From: Eledone cirrhosa
Lineage: Eukaryota
Direction of reading: 5' to 3'
Length of the DNA stretch: 64,000 bases
Assembly (NCBI GenBank): GCA_964016885.1
Contig: OZ024740.1
Location: 235,972,001-236,036,000, forward strand
In this document: positions 24,060 to 37,261 of the stretch, one piece after another
How the letters are laid out: each line of letters begins with the position of its first letter
How positions within the stretch are numbered: the stretch's first letter is position 1
Notes under the pieces: generated by a model
What the model was told of the DNA's origin: nothing
What the model saw: only the letters and a program-made list of their open reading frames with translations
The model's database searches: none
Position numbers and translations under genes: made by a program

Positions 24060-26583
24060 AACCTTATAGGCACCCGTTTTACGTGTGTTGTGTTGAGGCA
24101 AATAACTATGTGGATACTCTGGTAATTTATCTTACATTGCCCATGGAGTGCGCTGAGATACAACTGGTACTGGCATTGATAAATATGCTGGGTCCGTCAA
24201 CCCTTATTATTATTATATATATATATAACATTGCCAAAACTGCATCAGATGGACAATGCCCCTTTTTAGATCCAGGAGATACTTCAGTCCTGATCAGTTA
24301 TTAACACTCCACAAAGCTCAAGTAAGTAATGCCTACATTAGAATATTGTTCACATGTATGTAACAGTGCTGCTGCTAAACACTCAAACATCTTAAATGAC
24401 ATCCCCCAAAAAGGCCATTTGACTGATTGATAAAGGCTCACAGCCATGCAGTTTTCCCATTTTCATCTTTTATAATGGTCTCTACACTTCTGAACTATTT
24501 AGCTACATACATTCACTATTCAGTATACTCGACCTAGCTGAGTTTTCTTCTTCCACCACTTTTATATCACAGAATCATACTTTTTTTTCTTTGTTATCAA
24601 GTCTCAAACAACACCTGATGAGTTCCTTGAAAATTATTTCATGGAAATTTTAATGGAACATTGAGTGGACTCTTCAGTTATATCAAGGGCTCAACAGCCA
24701 TTCTGGTGTTGGTGTCATGATAAAACACACCCAGTACACCCTGTTAAGTGGTTTGTGATACAAAGTGCACTCAGCTATAGAAAACTTGTCAAACAAAACA
24801 AGATAGATAGCACTCTTCAGTTGTGTCAAAGATGTGATGACCTCTCCTGTGCTGGACCCACAATAGAATGTTCAGTGCACTCAGTAGAGTGTATGTAAAT
24901 GAGATGTAGCCCTGGCCCATCTGAGAGAACAGCGACTCTGATTAAGTACTGACTTGGTCTGTGATAATCCATTCAACTCTTGCTTGCAGGGAAAATGGAC
25001 ATTAACTAGAATTCTCTTACCACTTTCTGTTCAAACCGGCTGTAACCAGCCACTCATACTGATGTTAAGGTATTGTTCTCAAAATAAATAGCATCAAAAT
25101 CTCATAGATTCGATATTATGCAAGATAATTATATGTGGTAAAGGCTTTACCATAAAAATACAACAGTATATATAGAGTAATGTAAATGATAAAGGGTTAA
25201 ATAATGATGATGACACTAAAGTGAAATCCCTCTGTCTTCCTTAAGGTACTTTTTTTATGAGAGACCATTATGTTAAGTTTGACTGAGTTGTTAAAGAATT
25301 CACTTTGCAACAACATGGTTTCAGCTCAGTCTCACTGCATGGCACTTTGGGTAGTAATTGTTTTGTAATTGTTTTGTACTATAGCCTTTGGTTCACCAAT
25401 ACCTTGTGAGTGAAATTTGTTAGACAGAAATTGTGGGGAAGCCTGTTGGATATATATAGGTTTGTTAAAATAAAGTACCAGTCAAATATTGAAGTCAATA
25501 TCATTGACTAACCCCTACCCCCAAAATTTCTGGTCTTGTGCCTATATTGTTTCTAACATATACACAAGGCCAGTAATTTTGGGGGAGGTGAAAGTTGATT
25601 AAATTGACACCAGTACTTTATGTGTATTCTATTTTATTCATCCTAGAAGGATGAAAGGCAGAGATGACCTTACTAAGGTTTGAACTCAGAATGTAAGGAG
25701 TTGTAATTAAATGCTATAAAGCATTTTGTCTGATGCTGCAATAATTCTGCCAATCCATCACCCCCCCTTGTGCCTATATTAGAAACAATTCTTTGTATTA
25801 TACATTTTCTTAAGAAATTCTTAGCCTCAGTGTTGAACATTGTCGATGATAGTATTGGCGTCGATGATGGTGCTGTTGCCATTAATAGTGGTGTGGTGCC
25901 AGAAGATGTGAGATCTAGAAAAAGCTGTGATATTGGAATATTGGATTATTGAATTATGGACACATATTCCTCGTTCACCACCCAGCCTGATATAAAATGT
26001 CTTTGACAGGAATGGCACGGTAGGAGGTAGGTTTGGCCTCTGGCTTCTCACAGCTGTTTATAGTGCTTAGTAACATTAGAGCAATGAAAAGGTTTGAGAG
26101 GGATAGAGGATTTAGAACAACATGGTAATGGCGGTGGGGAGATACAGACAGGCTGAGTGAGAAAATAAAAGATATAAATGGATATAGACATATATACATA
26201 TACATATAGATTATATTTATATATTTTGTATATAAATTTTTTAAATGTTTTTGTCTGTCTGTGTGTAGTGTTTGGACACACACATATATACATAATAGAT
26301 CATTGCGGTTTCACAATGCAGTAAATTGCAATTAAGCAAAAAAGTAGTACTCAATACTGTTAAGTAGAGTAGAATAACATTTAGTTAACCCTTAAGAATT
26401 TAAACTGGCCATATCTGTGAATGTTGATGTTATTTATTTTGAGAACAATGGCTGCTTATGGCCGGTTTGAACAGAATTCTCTCACCTCTTTCTGCTCAAA
26501 CCAGCTATAAGCAGCCGCTCATACCGATGTTAAGGTATTATTCTCAAAATAAATAACATCAAAACTCATAGATTCAATATTAT

Positions 26584-29500
26584 ATCTAGGGCGGGTAAAA
26601 TTCCCGAGATCTATGGACGAGTTCTCTCCAGTGGTCTCTGTCCCTCATTATCGTTGCCATGTCCTGCGTCTCCAAGAGACCAGTGTCTGTCCTTATGTTT
26701 AACCACAGTCTTCATCTTCCAGTGTGTCCACACAGGGGCTACCACAGGAGCACTGAGTGCAGTGCCAACTCTGGATGTCGGTGACCATGTCCAGCTAACC
26801 TCAATCTGATCTGTGCTACTCTCGAGCTGACTTTTGGGAGGCTCCCGTACAGCTCTGAGTTCTTCATCCTGATTAATGTTCAGAGCCATCCTCAGCATTC
26901 TTGTGTAGTGCCCATCCACCATCTGAGTGTGTTTCTTGGTCAGTATCATAGTCTCAGACCCGTACAGCAGCACAGACTCTACTGCAGCAACGAAGAGACG
27001 GATCTTTCGGTCTTTATGAAGGTCCGACTTCCACACCGATCTCAAGCTGTGGCACGCCGCCCAGGCTTTGCTCTTCCTCTCGACCACATCATCTTCCATA
27101 TTCCCAATCTCTGCTCCCAAATAGAGGAAGTCCTCAACCAATTCTAGCGGCTTCCCGCCTACATTAGTAATCTTCTCTGGCTTCTTAATATTCTCTACCA
27201 GATATTTTGTCTTAATCTCATTCATTCTCAGCCCCACACTCATCGACACAGTCTCCACCTCCTGCATCAAATCCTCTGCCTCCTTCACTGTGTTTGTCAC
27301 CAAAACTATGTTGTCGGCAAATTCAGCATCCAATATCTTTTTCGTCTTAACTCTCCTGCTCTGAGCTGGTGTTACAGTAAAGCCAGAGTCCTGGTGTTTC
27401 TCCAGTGCAAGGTGCATACAATAGTCCACTGCGATGATAAAAAGGTAGGGAGCCAATGTATCTCCCTGGAGTACTCCAGCCAGTATCTCAAAGACCTCTG
27501 TCATCCCATCAGGTGTAATGACTTGGGCTTTGGTGTTGGTGTAGAGCAGTGATATCAGGTCCATAAGCCTGTAAGATCTTCATCAGGCAGTGACGGTCCA
27601 CAGAATCAAAAGCCCTCCTAAAGTCAATGAAAACCATGACTGCAGGAAGGCACTTTGCTCTAGCTCCCTCTAATATCCTCCTCAGCATCAGGATGTGACT
27701 GGTGTTGATCTTCCCTCTCTGAAGCCATTCTGGTTGTCCCTGAGCTTCTCCATCTCAGGCTGGATCCTGTTAAGAATCATCCTGTTGAAGGTCTTTGTCA
27801 CAAGTGACATCAGTGAGATCTCCCTGTAGTTGTTGGTGTTAGAGAGATCTCCCTTCTTTGGCACTGGGACGATATTACTGATCCTCCACTGATTCGGGGC
27901 AACTCCTTTCTCCAGTGCCTGGTTACAGAACTCTAGGATGATATCATCAAAATCACACCTCTTCATCACCTCTGATGCCACTCCATCTTCTCCATGAGCC
28001 TTGCCCTCCTTGATCTTCTTCTTGGCTCTCTGAAGCTCCTCTGTGGTGAAGGTCTTGTCTCAATATCCAGTTCCTCAAACAGCTGCCTGATCTCCCCAGT
28101 GTTCTGGGCTGTGGAGGACGGCTCTCCTAGTAGGGTCCTAAAATGGTCTAGCCATTTCCTCTTCCTATCCTCGGGCCCTGTTCTCTGGATCTGGTTCGAA
28201 CACCTTCTCTTCTTCCCTGTGATCTCGATGATTGTCCAGCTCTCCTTACATCTAGACCTGTCAACCGCTCTCTCCAAACTTCTGATCTTCTCTATCAGCA
28301 CCTCCTCTCTGGCCTCAGTGTAAGCGGTACAGAGTTCTGCTCACATCACCTCCATATTCTCCTTCCTCTCCTCCATAGGATCAGCATAGAATTGGTCCTT
28401 GGCAGCTTTCAGGTGTTCTCTGGCTGCACACACTTTTGGGTCTGCAGAGCTGACGTGCTTCCTCTTGATCTTTCTCCTCAGCACCAGGATCTCACTTGCT
28501 TCTGCCACTGCATTGGTGAAATGCCCGTACCTCCTCGTCACACTCTCCTCAGTCCATCCAATCTCTCTCTCCTCTGACTCTCCACACAGAGCACTGAACC
28601 TGTACCTCACTTCTACTTTGAACCTCTCCTGCAGCTTATCATCTTCCTTGAAAGCTCCCCAGTTGTAGATTGCTCTCCGGGGCTGAACCTTGCTCTTTCA
28701 TAAGCTCACCCAGACCTCACTCATAACAAGCCGGTGGTCACTGCCCAGTGTACTGAAATAGTTGTATGGTTCTGTGTTCAGAACACTATTCCGCCACTTT
28801 TTCCTCACCGGAATGAAATCAATCTGGGACTTGGACAGGTGCATATCTGAGATGTAGGTCCACATCTTCCCTGGATTCTTCCTAAACCTTGGGTTGGTTG
28901 CCATCAAGTTCGCCTCCAGCAGGGTGTCTCTCAGTAATCTTCCATTTTGGTTGGTGTTGTTATGGAAGTACCAGCAAGGATCTTCACTGCTCTCCTTATT
29001 CAGATGTGCATTGAAGTCCCCCAGAACAAGTAGGATGTTGTGAGCTTATGTGGTGTTGACAGCTCTACACACCTCCTCATGGAACTCCTTTGCACTCACA
29101 TCACTGTCTCCCTCGGTTGGACTATAGGCTGAGATGACTGTCAGTCTTGGGTTTCCATTGAAGGTCACTCTCAACACTTGCGGGGAGACAGGTATTATTT
29201 ACCTCACCAATAGATTGGTTTTTGCACTGAAAACAAAACCCACTCCTCCTACTGCAGTATTCCTCGTGTTCCTTACTGCTGAGGTGGTAATGAGCTGGCT
29301 CCTCTTCCCGATCATCATTCTCTTCATGGGCTCATCATGTAGGATCCTGTGTTCTTGGATTGCAAGTATCTGCATACCACTCTCCTCGAACAGATGACCC
29401 AACTCCTCCCTCTTCTCCAGCGTCCGAATAGTCCTCACATTCAGAGTGCCTAGTTTAATGGCTCTTCTGTAGGACAAAACTGCATTCTTTATATTTGTCT

Positions 29501-29612
29501 CAGAGACAGCTGATCCATCATCCATTAGCCCTCCCTGTGGCTCTAAGCCTGCAGAGTCATAACGACCAGGCTGCTCTTTGACAGTGTAGTTAGGGGCTCT
29601 AACCCTAGTGCT
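26584..29612 (-). mobile_element. Full-length-size RTE-like LINE (third family), decayed, inserted in a piggyBac-type MITE
   Basis: APE IKLGTLNVRT...AIQEHR...GDFNAH...SDHRLV; RT GVLQGDTLAPYLFII...FADN; 13-bp TSD GATTCAATATTAT at 26571-26583 and 29613-29625. Confidence 0.9.
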
Positions 29613-29906
29613 GATTCAATATTATGTGAGATAATTATGTAAGATAAAGCCTTTACTGTGAAAATACAATAGTAAATATAAAGTAATGTAAATGCTAAAG
29701 GGTCATAGCTGAGTTTGGCAAATCACCTCGCTGATAGTTCATTCTGCCTTTATTCAGAGTTTCTGGCTGTGTGGGTTCATTAAAGATATGAATGGGTGGA
29801 TTGAGATTGAGCTTTGAAATGGTGTTGAAGTTGTATTGAAGGAATGTGAAATAATAAATCAAGTTTTTAGCAGACCTTTGAATCTTGAGAACTTCACAGG
29901 CTGAGT

Positions 29907-30110
29907 ATACAGGAGTTGGCTGAAAAGTTCATAGGCTGACCATCATACTCTAATGGAATGACCAAATGAGGTTTATTTTTCAACATAGTCTCTGGAAAGA
30001 GACAATGCAATTATTAATAAGAAGAGTTGAAATTAATGTTTACAAGATTTCACAGTCTTAGCATCATTCCTTCATCGTCAGCTTATGAACTTTTCAGCCA
30101 ACCTTCATAC
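29907..30110. mobile_element. Mariner-derived MITE; related copy 62766-62928 in the opposite orientation
   Basis: TIRs GTTGGCTGAAAAGTTCATAGGCTGAC / GTCAGCTTATGAACTTTTCAGCCAAC; internal sequence matches both ends of the 8.0-9.3 kb mariner. Confidence 0.8.
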
Positions 30111-31491
30111 AACCTATAGGTGAGATTATAGAAGAGACAAGATCACCTAACTAAATTCTTCTGATACAGACTACCACCATGTTCCTTGTTTTGCAACCTT
30201 GTGGATACTAGATAACAGATTTTAATAGGCAATATAAAACCATACCAAAGCGACTGTTGATTCTATAAATGGATAAATTATCAATATATTTGATGGAGAA
30301 ACAGTCACATTGATTCCTGCAATAATGAAGACAAGTTGTATAATTATCTAATGGGCTACTTAAATAGCTGCAACGCCAATAGCTACTCCTTTCCCTATAC
30401 TTTGACCACGGAACAGGGATGTATTGTAATGTCATTGCAAAATTTAAATATGGCTAATGGACTTAGCAATAAAACATGAATTTGAATAAGTCATGTACAT
30501 AAATGTATGATTGAAGGCCACATTATAAGAGAATACAAAACATGCCATTGTAAGAAGGATTAACCTGAGACTTCTGACACCACTGCTTGTCACTCTTACA
30601 TGATTACAGTTTCAAGTTTGATTGGCTTCTGCCATGACAGTCAATAAATCTCAATGTCAATCATTAAGTAAAATAACAGACTCACAATTGGATTCCCCAG
30701 TTTCTTGATTTTATATTCTGCAAAATAGGTCTGTTCTCCCAAACTGATTTACTTCTGCATAGATGCATAGACAATTGCATATTGCTGTCAAAAACTACAC
30801 ACGGTATTGTAGGTATAGTAAAAAAGTAAAAAATAACTCAACAACATTGTGTATACTGAAGTACTTTTTAGAGTAAAAATGTTTTTCCTAACATTTATTC
30901 AGATATATATGTTGTGGTAAGGGTGTTAGACTTACAACCATAATGTCATGGCTTCAATTCCTGGACTGGGTTGTGTGTGTGTTCTTGAACAAAATATTTC
31001 ATTTCATGTTGCTCCAAGTATACTCAGCTTAAAATGAGTACCACCAGTAGCTGGGGGTTTAACCTTGTGATAGGCTGGCATCCTGTCCAGGGGAAGTCTT
31101 GTACTCACAGTCACTTAATGCCACATAAACCAAGATAAATACTGGCCTGACGAGCCTCAAAGCCAAAGAAACACTTTAGACTTTTAGATTTGTTTTAGTA
31201 CTAATTTTACAGTATATCCTATTCTTTTTTATTATCATTCCTTAATTATGAATAATTGTTTCTACTTTTGGTACAAGGCAGAGCAATTATCCCAGTGTAT
31301 TACTGGTACTTTATTTTATCGACCCCATAAGGATGAAAGGCAAAGTTAACCTCGGCGGGATTTGAACTCAGACCATAAAGGGCCGTAACTCTTTGCTGCA
31401 AAGCATAGTGTCCGACTCTCTACCGATACTGCCAATCCACCACCCTAATTATGAATAATGATAGCAACTACTGCATACACATAGACTTGTA

Positions 31492-31537
<46 letters not shown>

Positions 31538-32000
31538 TGTGTGTGATTGCGTGTGTATGTGTTTGTCTGTGTGTGAGTGTGTGTACTCAGTTTTACTTAC
31601 ATTCAGTAAGGATGCACAAGAACATTTCTTTTCTCAATGTAGGACTTTGTCTGAAACATCAAAAGCCTTTCCTCACAACAGCATACCAACTTTAGTAATT
31701 TTAATTTTACACATAAATACTTTCACCATGTATATTCTGTTTGATTGTTTGTGAAACTGAGTAACAATATATATATATATATATATATATAAATGTTGGT
31801 AGAAATCCGTAGATGAAAGATCAAGGAAAACAGTGCTCGATCTGTTGGAAGAGAGCTTATTTAGTGTAAACAGATTGGCAAATTGATGAATGGGACATCA
31901 AGATTACATCACACTGCCACCCACGAACACACAGACATTCAGCCTCTTATATCTCAGATCTTATAATTGGTAAAAATATGTATGCACACACACACATATA

Positions 32001-32076
<76 letters not shown>

Positions 32077-32967
32077 TTATTAAAATTTGCTCTTCGGTTT
32101 TTATATATTTGATATATATTTATCCTTATCGAGCCCTCTTTGGATTTTAGTCTTCAAATTTATTATTATTACTATGTATATATATATATATGTGTGTGTG
32201 TGTATACATATATATGCATGTTTGTATGTGTATGTGCATACATTGTGTCTGCGTATGTATATTTGCATGTATGCATATATAGCTACCCATACAGTTGCAT
32301 GCAAAGTTATATATGTGTGAGTACATGTATGTGCACAAATGAATGTCTATTATATTTTAAAATCTTAATTATTCATCATCTGTGTCCGTGTGTGTACGTG
32401 TGTCCCTTTATATACATCAGATTTACTAGCAGATAAAAGCACCGGCCTGATGAGTTTCAGGGCTTGAAACAGACCTTAGAGATTGTGTAGAGTGCCATGT
32501 TGTTAAACATAAACAACATAACATTAAGAAAACCCTTAGTACTACCAAGGGTACAACAACCTCTCAAGTGCTGGTACCACTATAAAGTGCACCAAGTACA
32601 CTCTGTAAAGTAGTTCCTGTTAGGAAAGATATCTAGCCATAAAAACTATACCAAACAAGGAATTTACAATTGAGACATGATTTTTTTACCCATCTTGGAT
32701 AACAATGATGATAATTATGTTTTCATAGGGTGGCTTAATAATACCAACATTAAATTTATTTTATGTGTGTCTGGGTGTGTGGTGAGTGGTGTGTGTTGTC
32801 ATCATCATCATCATCACTGTTTAACATCCATTTTTTCATGTTAGCATGAATTAGACAAGTTGTCCTGTTGTGAGCAATGCCAAGTCAGGTGACCATGTCT
32901 CACTCATACAGAACTGATTTTTGGCTTGGTTTCTACAGCTGGATGCCCTTCCTAATGCCAACGACAT

Positions 32968-35900
32968 TCACAGTGAGCACTGGGTGTGTTTTGTTGTGAC
33001 TCCTATACAACCACTTTACAGTGTGGACTGGGTGCTTTTTGTCGTGACTCCTACACAACCACTTAACAGTGTGGACTGGGTGCTTTTTGTCGTGACTCCT
33101 ACACAACCACTTAACAGTGTGGACTGCGTGCTTTTTGTTGTGACTCCTACACAACCACTTAACAGTGTGGAGTGGGTGCTTTTTGTCGTGACTCCTACAC
33201 AACCACTTAACAGTGTGGACTGGGTGCTTTTTGTCATGACTCCTACACAACCACTTAACAGTGTGGACTGGGTTCTTTTTGTTGTGACACCTACACAACC
33301 ACTTAACAGTGTGGACTGGGTGCTTTTTGTTGTGACACCTACATGACCTCTCTACAGTGTGGACTAGGTGCTTTTTGTTGTGACACCTACATGACCTTTC
33401 TACAGGGTGGACTAGGTGCATTTTGTTGTGATACCTACATGACCTTTCTACAGTGTGGACTAGGTGCATTTTGTTGTGATACCTACATGACCTTTCTACA
33501 GTGTGGACTAGGTGCGTTTTGTTGTGACACCTACATGACCTTTCTACAGTGTGGACTGGGTGCTTTTTGTTGTGACACCTACATGACCTTTCTACAGTGT
33601 GGACTAGATGTTTTTTGTTGTGACACCTACATGACCTCTCTACAGTGTGGACTGGGTGCTTTTTGTTGTGACACCTACATGATCTTTCTACAGTGTGGAC
33701 TAGGTGCTTTTTGTTGTGATACCTACATGACTTTTCTACAGTGTGGACTGGGTGCTTTTTGTTGTGACACCTACATGACCTTTCTACAGTGTAGACTAGG
33801 TGCTTTTTGTTGTGACACCTACATGACCTCTCTACAGTGTGGACTGGGTGCTTTTTGTTGTGACACCTACATGATCTTTCTACAGTGTGGACTAGGTGCT
33901 TTTTGTTGTGACACCTACATGACCTTTCAACAGTGTGGACTGGGTGCTTTTTGTTGTGACACCTACATGACCTTTCAACAGTGTGGACTGGGTGCTTTTT
34001 GTTGTGACACCTACATGACCTTTCTACAGTGGGGACTGGGTGCTTTTTGTTGTGACACCTACATGACCTTTCTACAGTGTGGACTGGGTGCTTTTTGTTG
34101 TGACACCTACATGACCTTTCAACAGTGTGGACTGGGTGCTTTTTGTTGTGACACCTACATGACCTTTCAACAGTGTGGACTGGGTGCTTTTTGTTGTGAC
34201 ACCTACATGACCTCTCTACAGTGTGGACTGGGTGCTTTTTGTTGTGACACCTACATGACCTTTCTACAGTGTGGACTAGGTGCTTTTTGTTGTGACACCT
34301 ACATGACCTTTCAACAGTGTGGACTGGGTGCTTTTTGTTGTGACACCTACATGACCTTTCTACAGTGTGGACTAGGTGCTTTTTGTTGTGACACCTACAT
34401 GACCTTTCTACAGTGTGGACTGGGTGCTTTTTGTTGTGACACCTAGATGACCTCTCTACAGTGTGGACTAGGTGCTTTTTGTTGTGACACCTACATGACC
34501 TTTCTACAGTGTGGACTGGGTGCTTTTTGTTGTGACACCTACATGACCTCTCTACAGTGTGGACTAGATGTTTTTTGTTGTGACACCTACATGACCTCTC
34601 TACAGTGTGGACTAGATGTTTTTTGTTGTGACACCTACATGACCTTTCTACAGTGTGGACTGGGTGCTTTTTGTTGTGACACCTACATGACCTCTCTACA
34701 GTGTGGACTGGGTGCTTTTTGTTGTGACACCTACATGACCTTTCTACAGTGTGGACTGGGTGCTTTTTGTTGTGACACCTACATGACCTTTCTACAGTGT
34801 GGACTAGGTGCTTTTTGTTGTGACACCTACATGACCTTTCTACAGTGTGGACTGGGTGCTTTTTGTTGTGACACCTACATGACCTTTCAACAGTGTGGAC
34901 TGGGTGCTTTTTGTTGTGACACCTACATGACCTTTCTACAGTGTGGACTAGGTGCTTTTTGTTGTGACACCTACATGACCTTTCAACAGTGTGGACTGGG
35001 TGCTTTTTGTTGTGACACCTACATGACCTTTCTACAGTGTGGACTAGGTGCTTTTTGTTGTGACACCTACATGACCTTTCTACAGTGTGGACTGGGTGCT
35101 TTTTGTTGTGACACCTAGATGACCTCTCTACAGTGTGGACTAGGTGCTTTTTGTTGTGACACCTACATGACCTTTCTACAGTGTGGACTGGGTGCTTTTT
35201 GTTGTGACACCTACATGACCTCTCTACAGTGTGGACTAGATGTTTTTTGTTGTGACACCTACATGACCTCTCTACAGTGTGGACTAGATGTTTTTTGTTG
35301 TGACACCTACATGACCTTTCTACAGTGTGCACTGGGTGCTTTTTGTTGTGACACCTACATGACCTCTCTACAGTGTGGACTGGGTGCTTTTTGTTGTGAC
35401 ACCTACATGACCTTTCTACAGTGTGGACTGGGTGCTTTTTGTTGTGACACCTACATGACCTTTCTACAGTGTGGACTAGGTGCTTTTTGTTGTGACACCT
35501 ACATGACCTTTCTACAGTGTGGACTGGGTGCTTTTTGTTGTGACACCTACATGACCTTTCAACAGTGTGGACTGGGTGCTTTTTGTTGTGACACCTACAT
35601 GACCTTTCAACAGTGTGGACTGGGTGCTTTTTGTTGTGACACCTACATGACCTTTCTACAGTGTGGACTAGGTGCTTTTTGTTGTGACACCTACATGACC
35701 TTTCTACAGTGTGGACTGGGTGCTTTTTGTTGTGACACCTACATGACCTTTCTACAGTGTGGACTGGGTGCTTTTTGTTGTGACACCTACATGACCTTTC
35801 TACAGTGTGGACTGGGTGCTTTTTGTTGTGACACCTACATGACCTTTCTACAGTGTGGACTAGGTGCTTTTTGTTGTGACACCTACATGACCTTTCAACA

Positions 35901-36415
35901 GTGTGGACTGGGTGCTTTTTGTTGTGACACCTACATGACCTTTCTACAGTGTGGACTAGGTGCTTTTTGTTGTGACACCTACATGACCTTTCTACAGTGT
36001 GGACTGGGTGCTTTTTGTTGTGACACCTACATGACCTCTCTACAGTGTGGACTAGATGTTTTTTGTTGTGACACCTACATGACCTCTCTACAGTGTGGAC
36101 TAGATGTTTTTTGTTGTGACACCTACATGACCTTTCTACAGTGTGGACTGGGTGCTTTTTGTTGTGACACCTACATGACCTTTCTACAGTGTGGACTGGG
36201 TGCTTTTTGTTGTGACACCTACATGACCTTTCTACAGTGTGGACTGGGTGCTTTTTGTTGTGATACCTATATGACTTTTCTACAGTGTGGACTGGGTGCT
36301 TTTTGTTGTGACACCTACATGACCTTTCTACAGGGTTGACTAGGTCCTTTTTGTTGTGACACCTACATGACCTTTCTACAGTGTGGACTGGGAGCGTTTT
36401 GTTGTGATACCTACA
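32968..36415. repeat. 48-bp minisatellite, ~72 copies, expanded inside an RTE 3' UTR (32800-36590, minus)
   Basis: Unit GTGACACCTACATGACCTTTCTACAGTGTGGACT(G/A)GGTGCTTTTTGTT. Left flank is the (CAT)n tail and UTR; right flank is the end of an RTE ORF. Confidence 0.95.
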
Positions 36416-36584
36416 CCTACACATACACATACACATATATATTGTATTTTGGGTATATGATTGGGGATGTAGTGATGGTGAGAATAACTAAGCAGTGGTA
36501 GTGGAGGTGGGGCATGGGAATGGATCAGGTCACATTTTATGTTGGTAGGCGGGTCCTCTCCAGTACAGCTTTACTTCGTGTGGT

Positions 36585-36629
<45 letters not shown>

Positions 36630-36633
<4 letters not shown>

Positions 36634-37245
36634 TAGAATTGGTGCTCTGAAATAACGATATATATTTGAATGTATATGTAGTGTATTTTGCAATACACTG
36701 TATGCTTAATTAAAAGCATTTTGGAGACTTTACGCTATTGTTTTAAAGTAGTGACAGTGTCACTTACTTCTATTTTCAGCAAACAAGGGGAGATAAGCTG
36801 ATAAGTACTTGTTGGTACTTATCAAAGCTCAGCACTCCTCCTATTTGCTGAAAATTATGAATGTTGGATTCTTATAGAATTCCAGTAATAATCAGGAACT
36901 GATTATACAGAGCGGTTGCCAGTCCAGCAAAAATTGAAAATTTCAGAGCACCAATTCTAATTTTCAATTTTTGCTGGACCGGCAACCGCTCTGTATAATC
37001 AGTTCCTGATTATTACTGGAATTCTATAAGAATCCAACATTCATAATTTTCAGCAAATAGGAGGAGTCCTGAGCTTTGATAAGTACCAACAAGTACGAAA
37101 CAGAGCCCTGTCAGCTTATCTCCCCGTGTTTGCTGAAAATAGAAGTAAGTGACATTGTCATTACTTTAAAACAATAGCGTAAGGTCTTCAAAATGCTTTT
37201 AATTAAGCATACATAGTATTGCAAAATACACTATATATACATTCA
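36630..37245. mobile_element. (TA)n-flanked palindromic non-coding element (inverted pair of ~300-nt monomers)
   Basis: Arms 36667-36942 and 36959-37245 are imperfect reverse complements; 16-bp spacer. Confidence 0.9.
37071..37117 (+). ncRNA. Type I hammerhead ribozyme, U3-A8 core variant
   Basis: GAGCT-TTGATAA-GTAC-caacaa-GTAC-GAAA-CAG-agcc-CTG-TC-AGCTT; stem I extended by ATTTTCAGCAAA/TTTGCTGAAAAT. Confidence 0.75.
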
Positions 37246-37261
37246 TATATATATATATATA

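Noticed and set aside
24610-24670. CTGATGA-GTTCC...GGAAC possible hammerhead
   Set aside because: No GAAA follows the putative stem II and no stem III is visible; at best a decayed remnant.
31790-31980. TA-flanked segment with GAAAGATC...GATCT and TTGATGA
   Set aside because: The cleavage position would be G and stems I and II are poor; cannot be supported as a ribozyme.
32440-32480. CTGATGA...GAAA hammerhead-like motif (also CTGACGA...GAAA at 31146-31175)
   Set aside because: No convincing stems I or III or NUH triplet; it matches the GGCCTGA(T/C)GAGCC 3' tail of the SINE at 30910-31190.
32933-36436. 1167-aa Cys/His-rich ORF, the opposite-strand GAFCCDTY ORFs, and a possible CRISPR array
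   Set aside because: Pure 48-bp tandem repeat derived from an RTE 3' UTR; no unique spacers, no cas genes, eukaryotic context; the start codon lies in a microsatellite.
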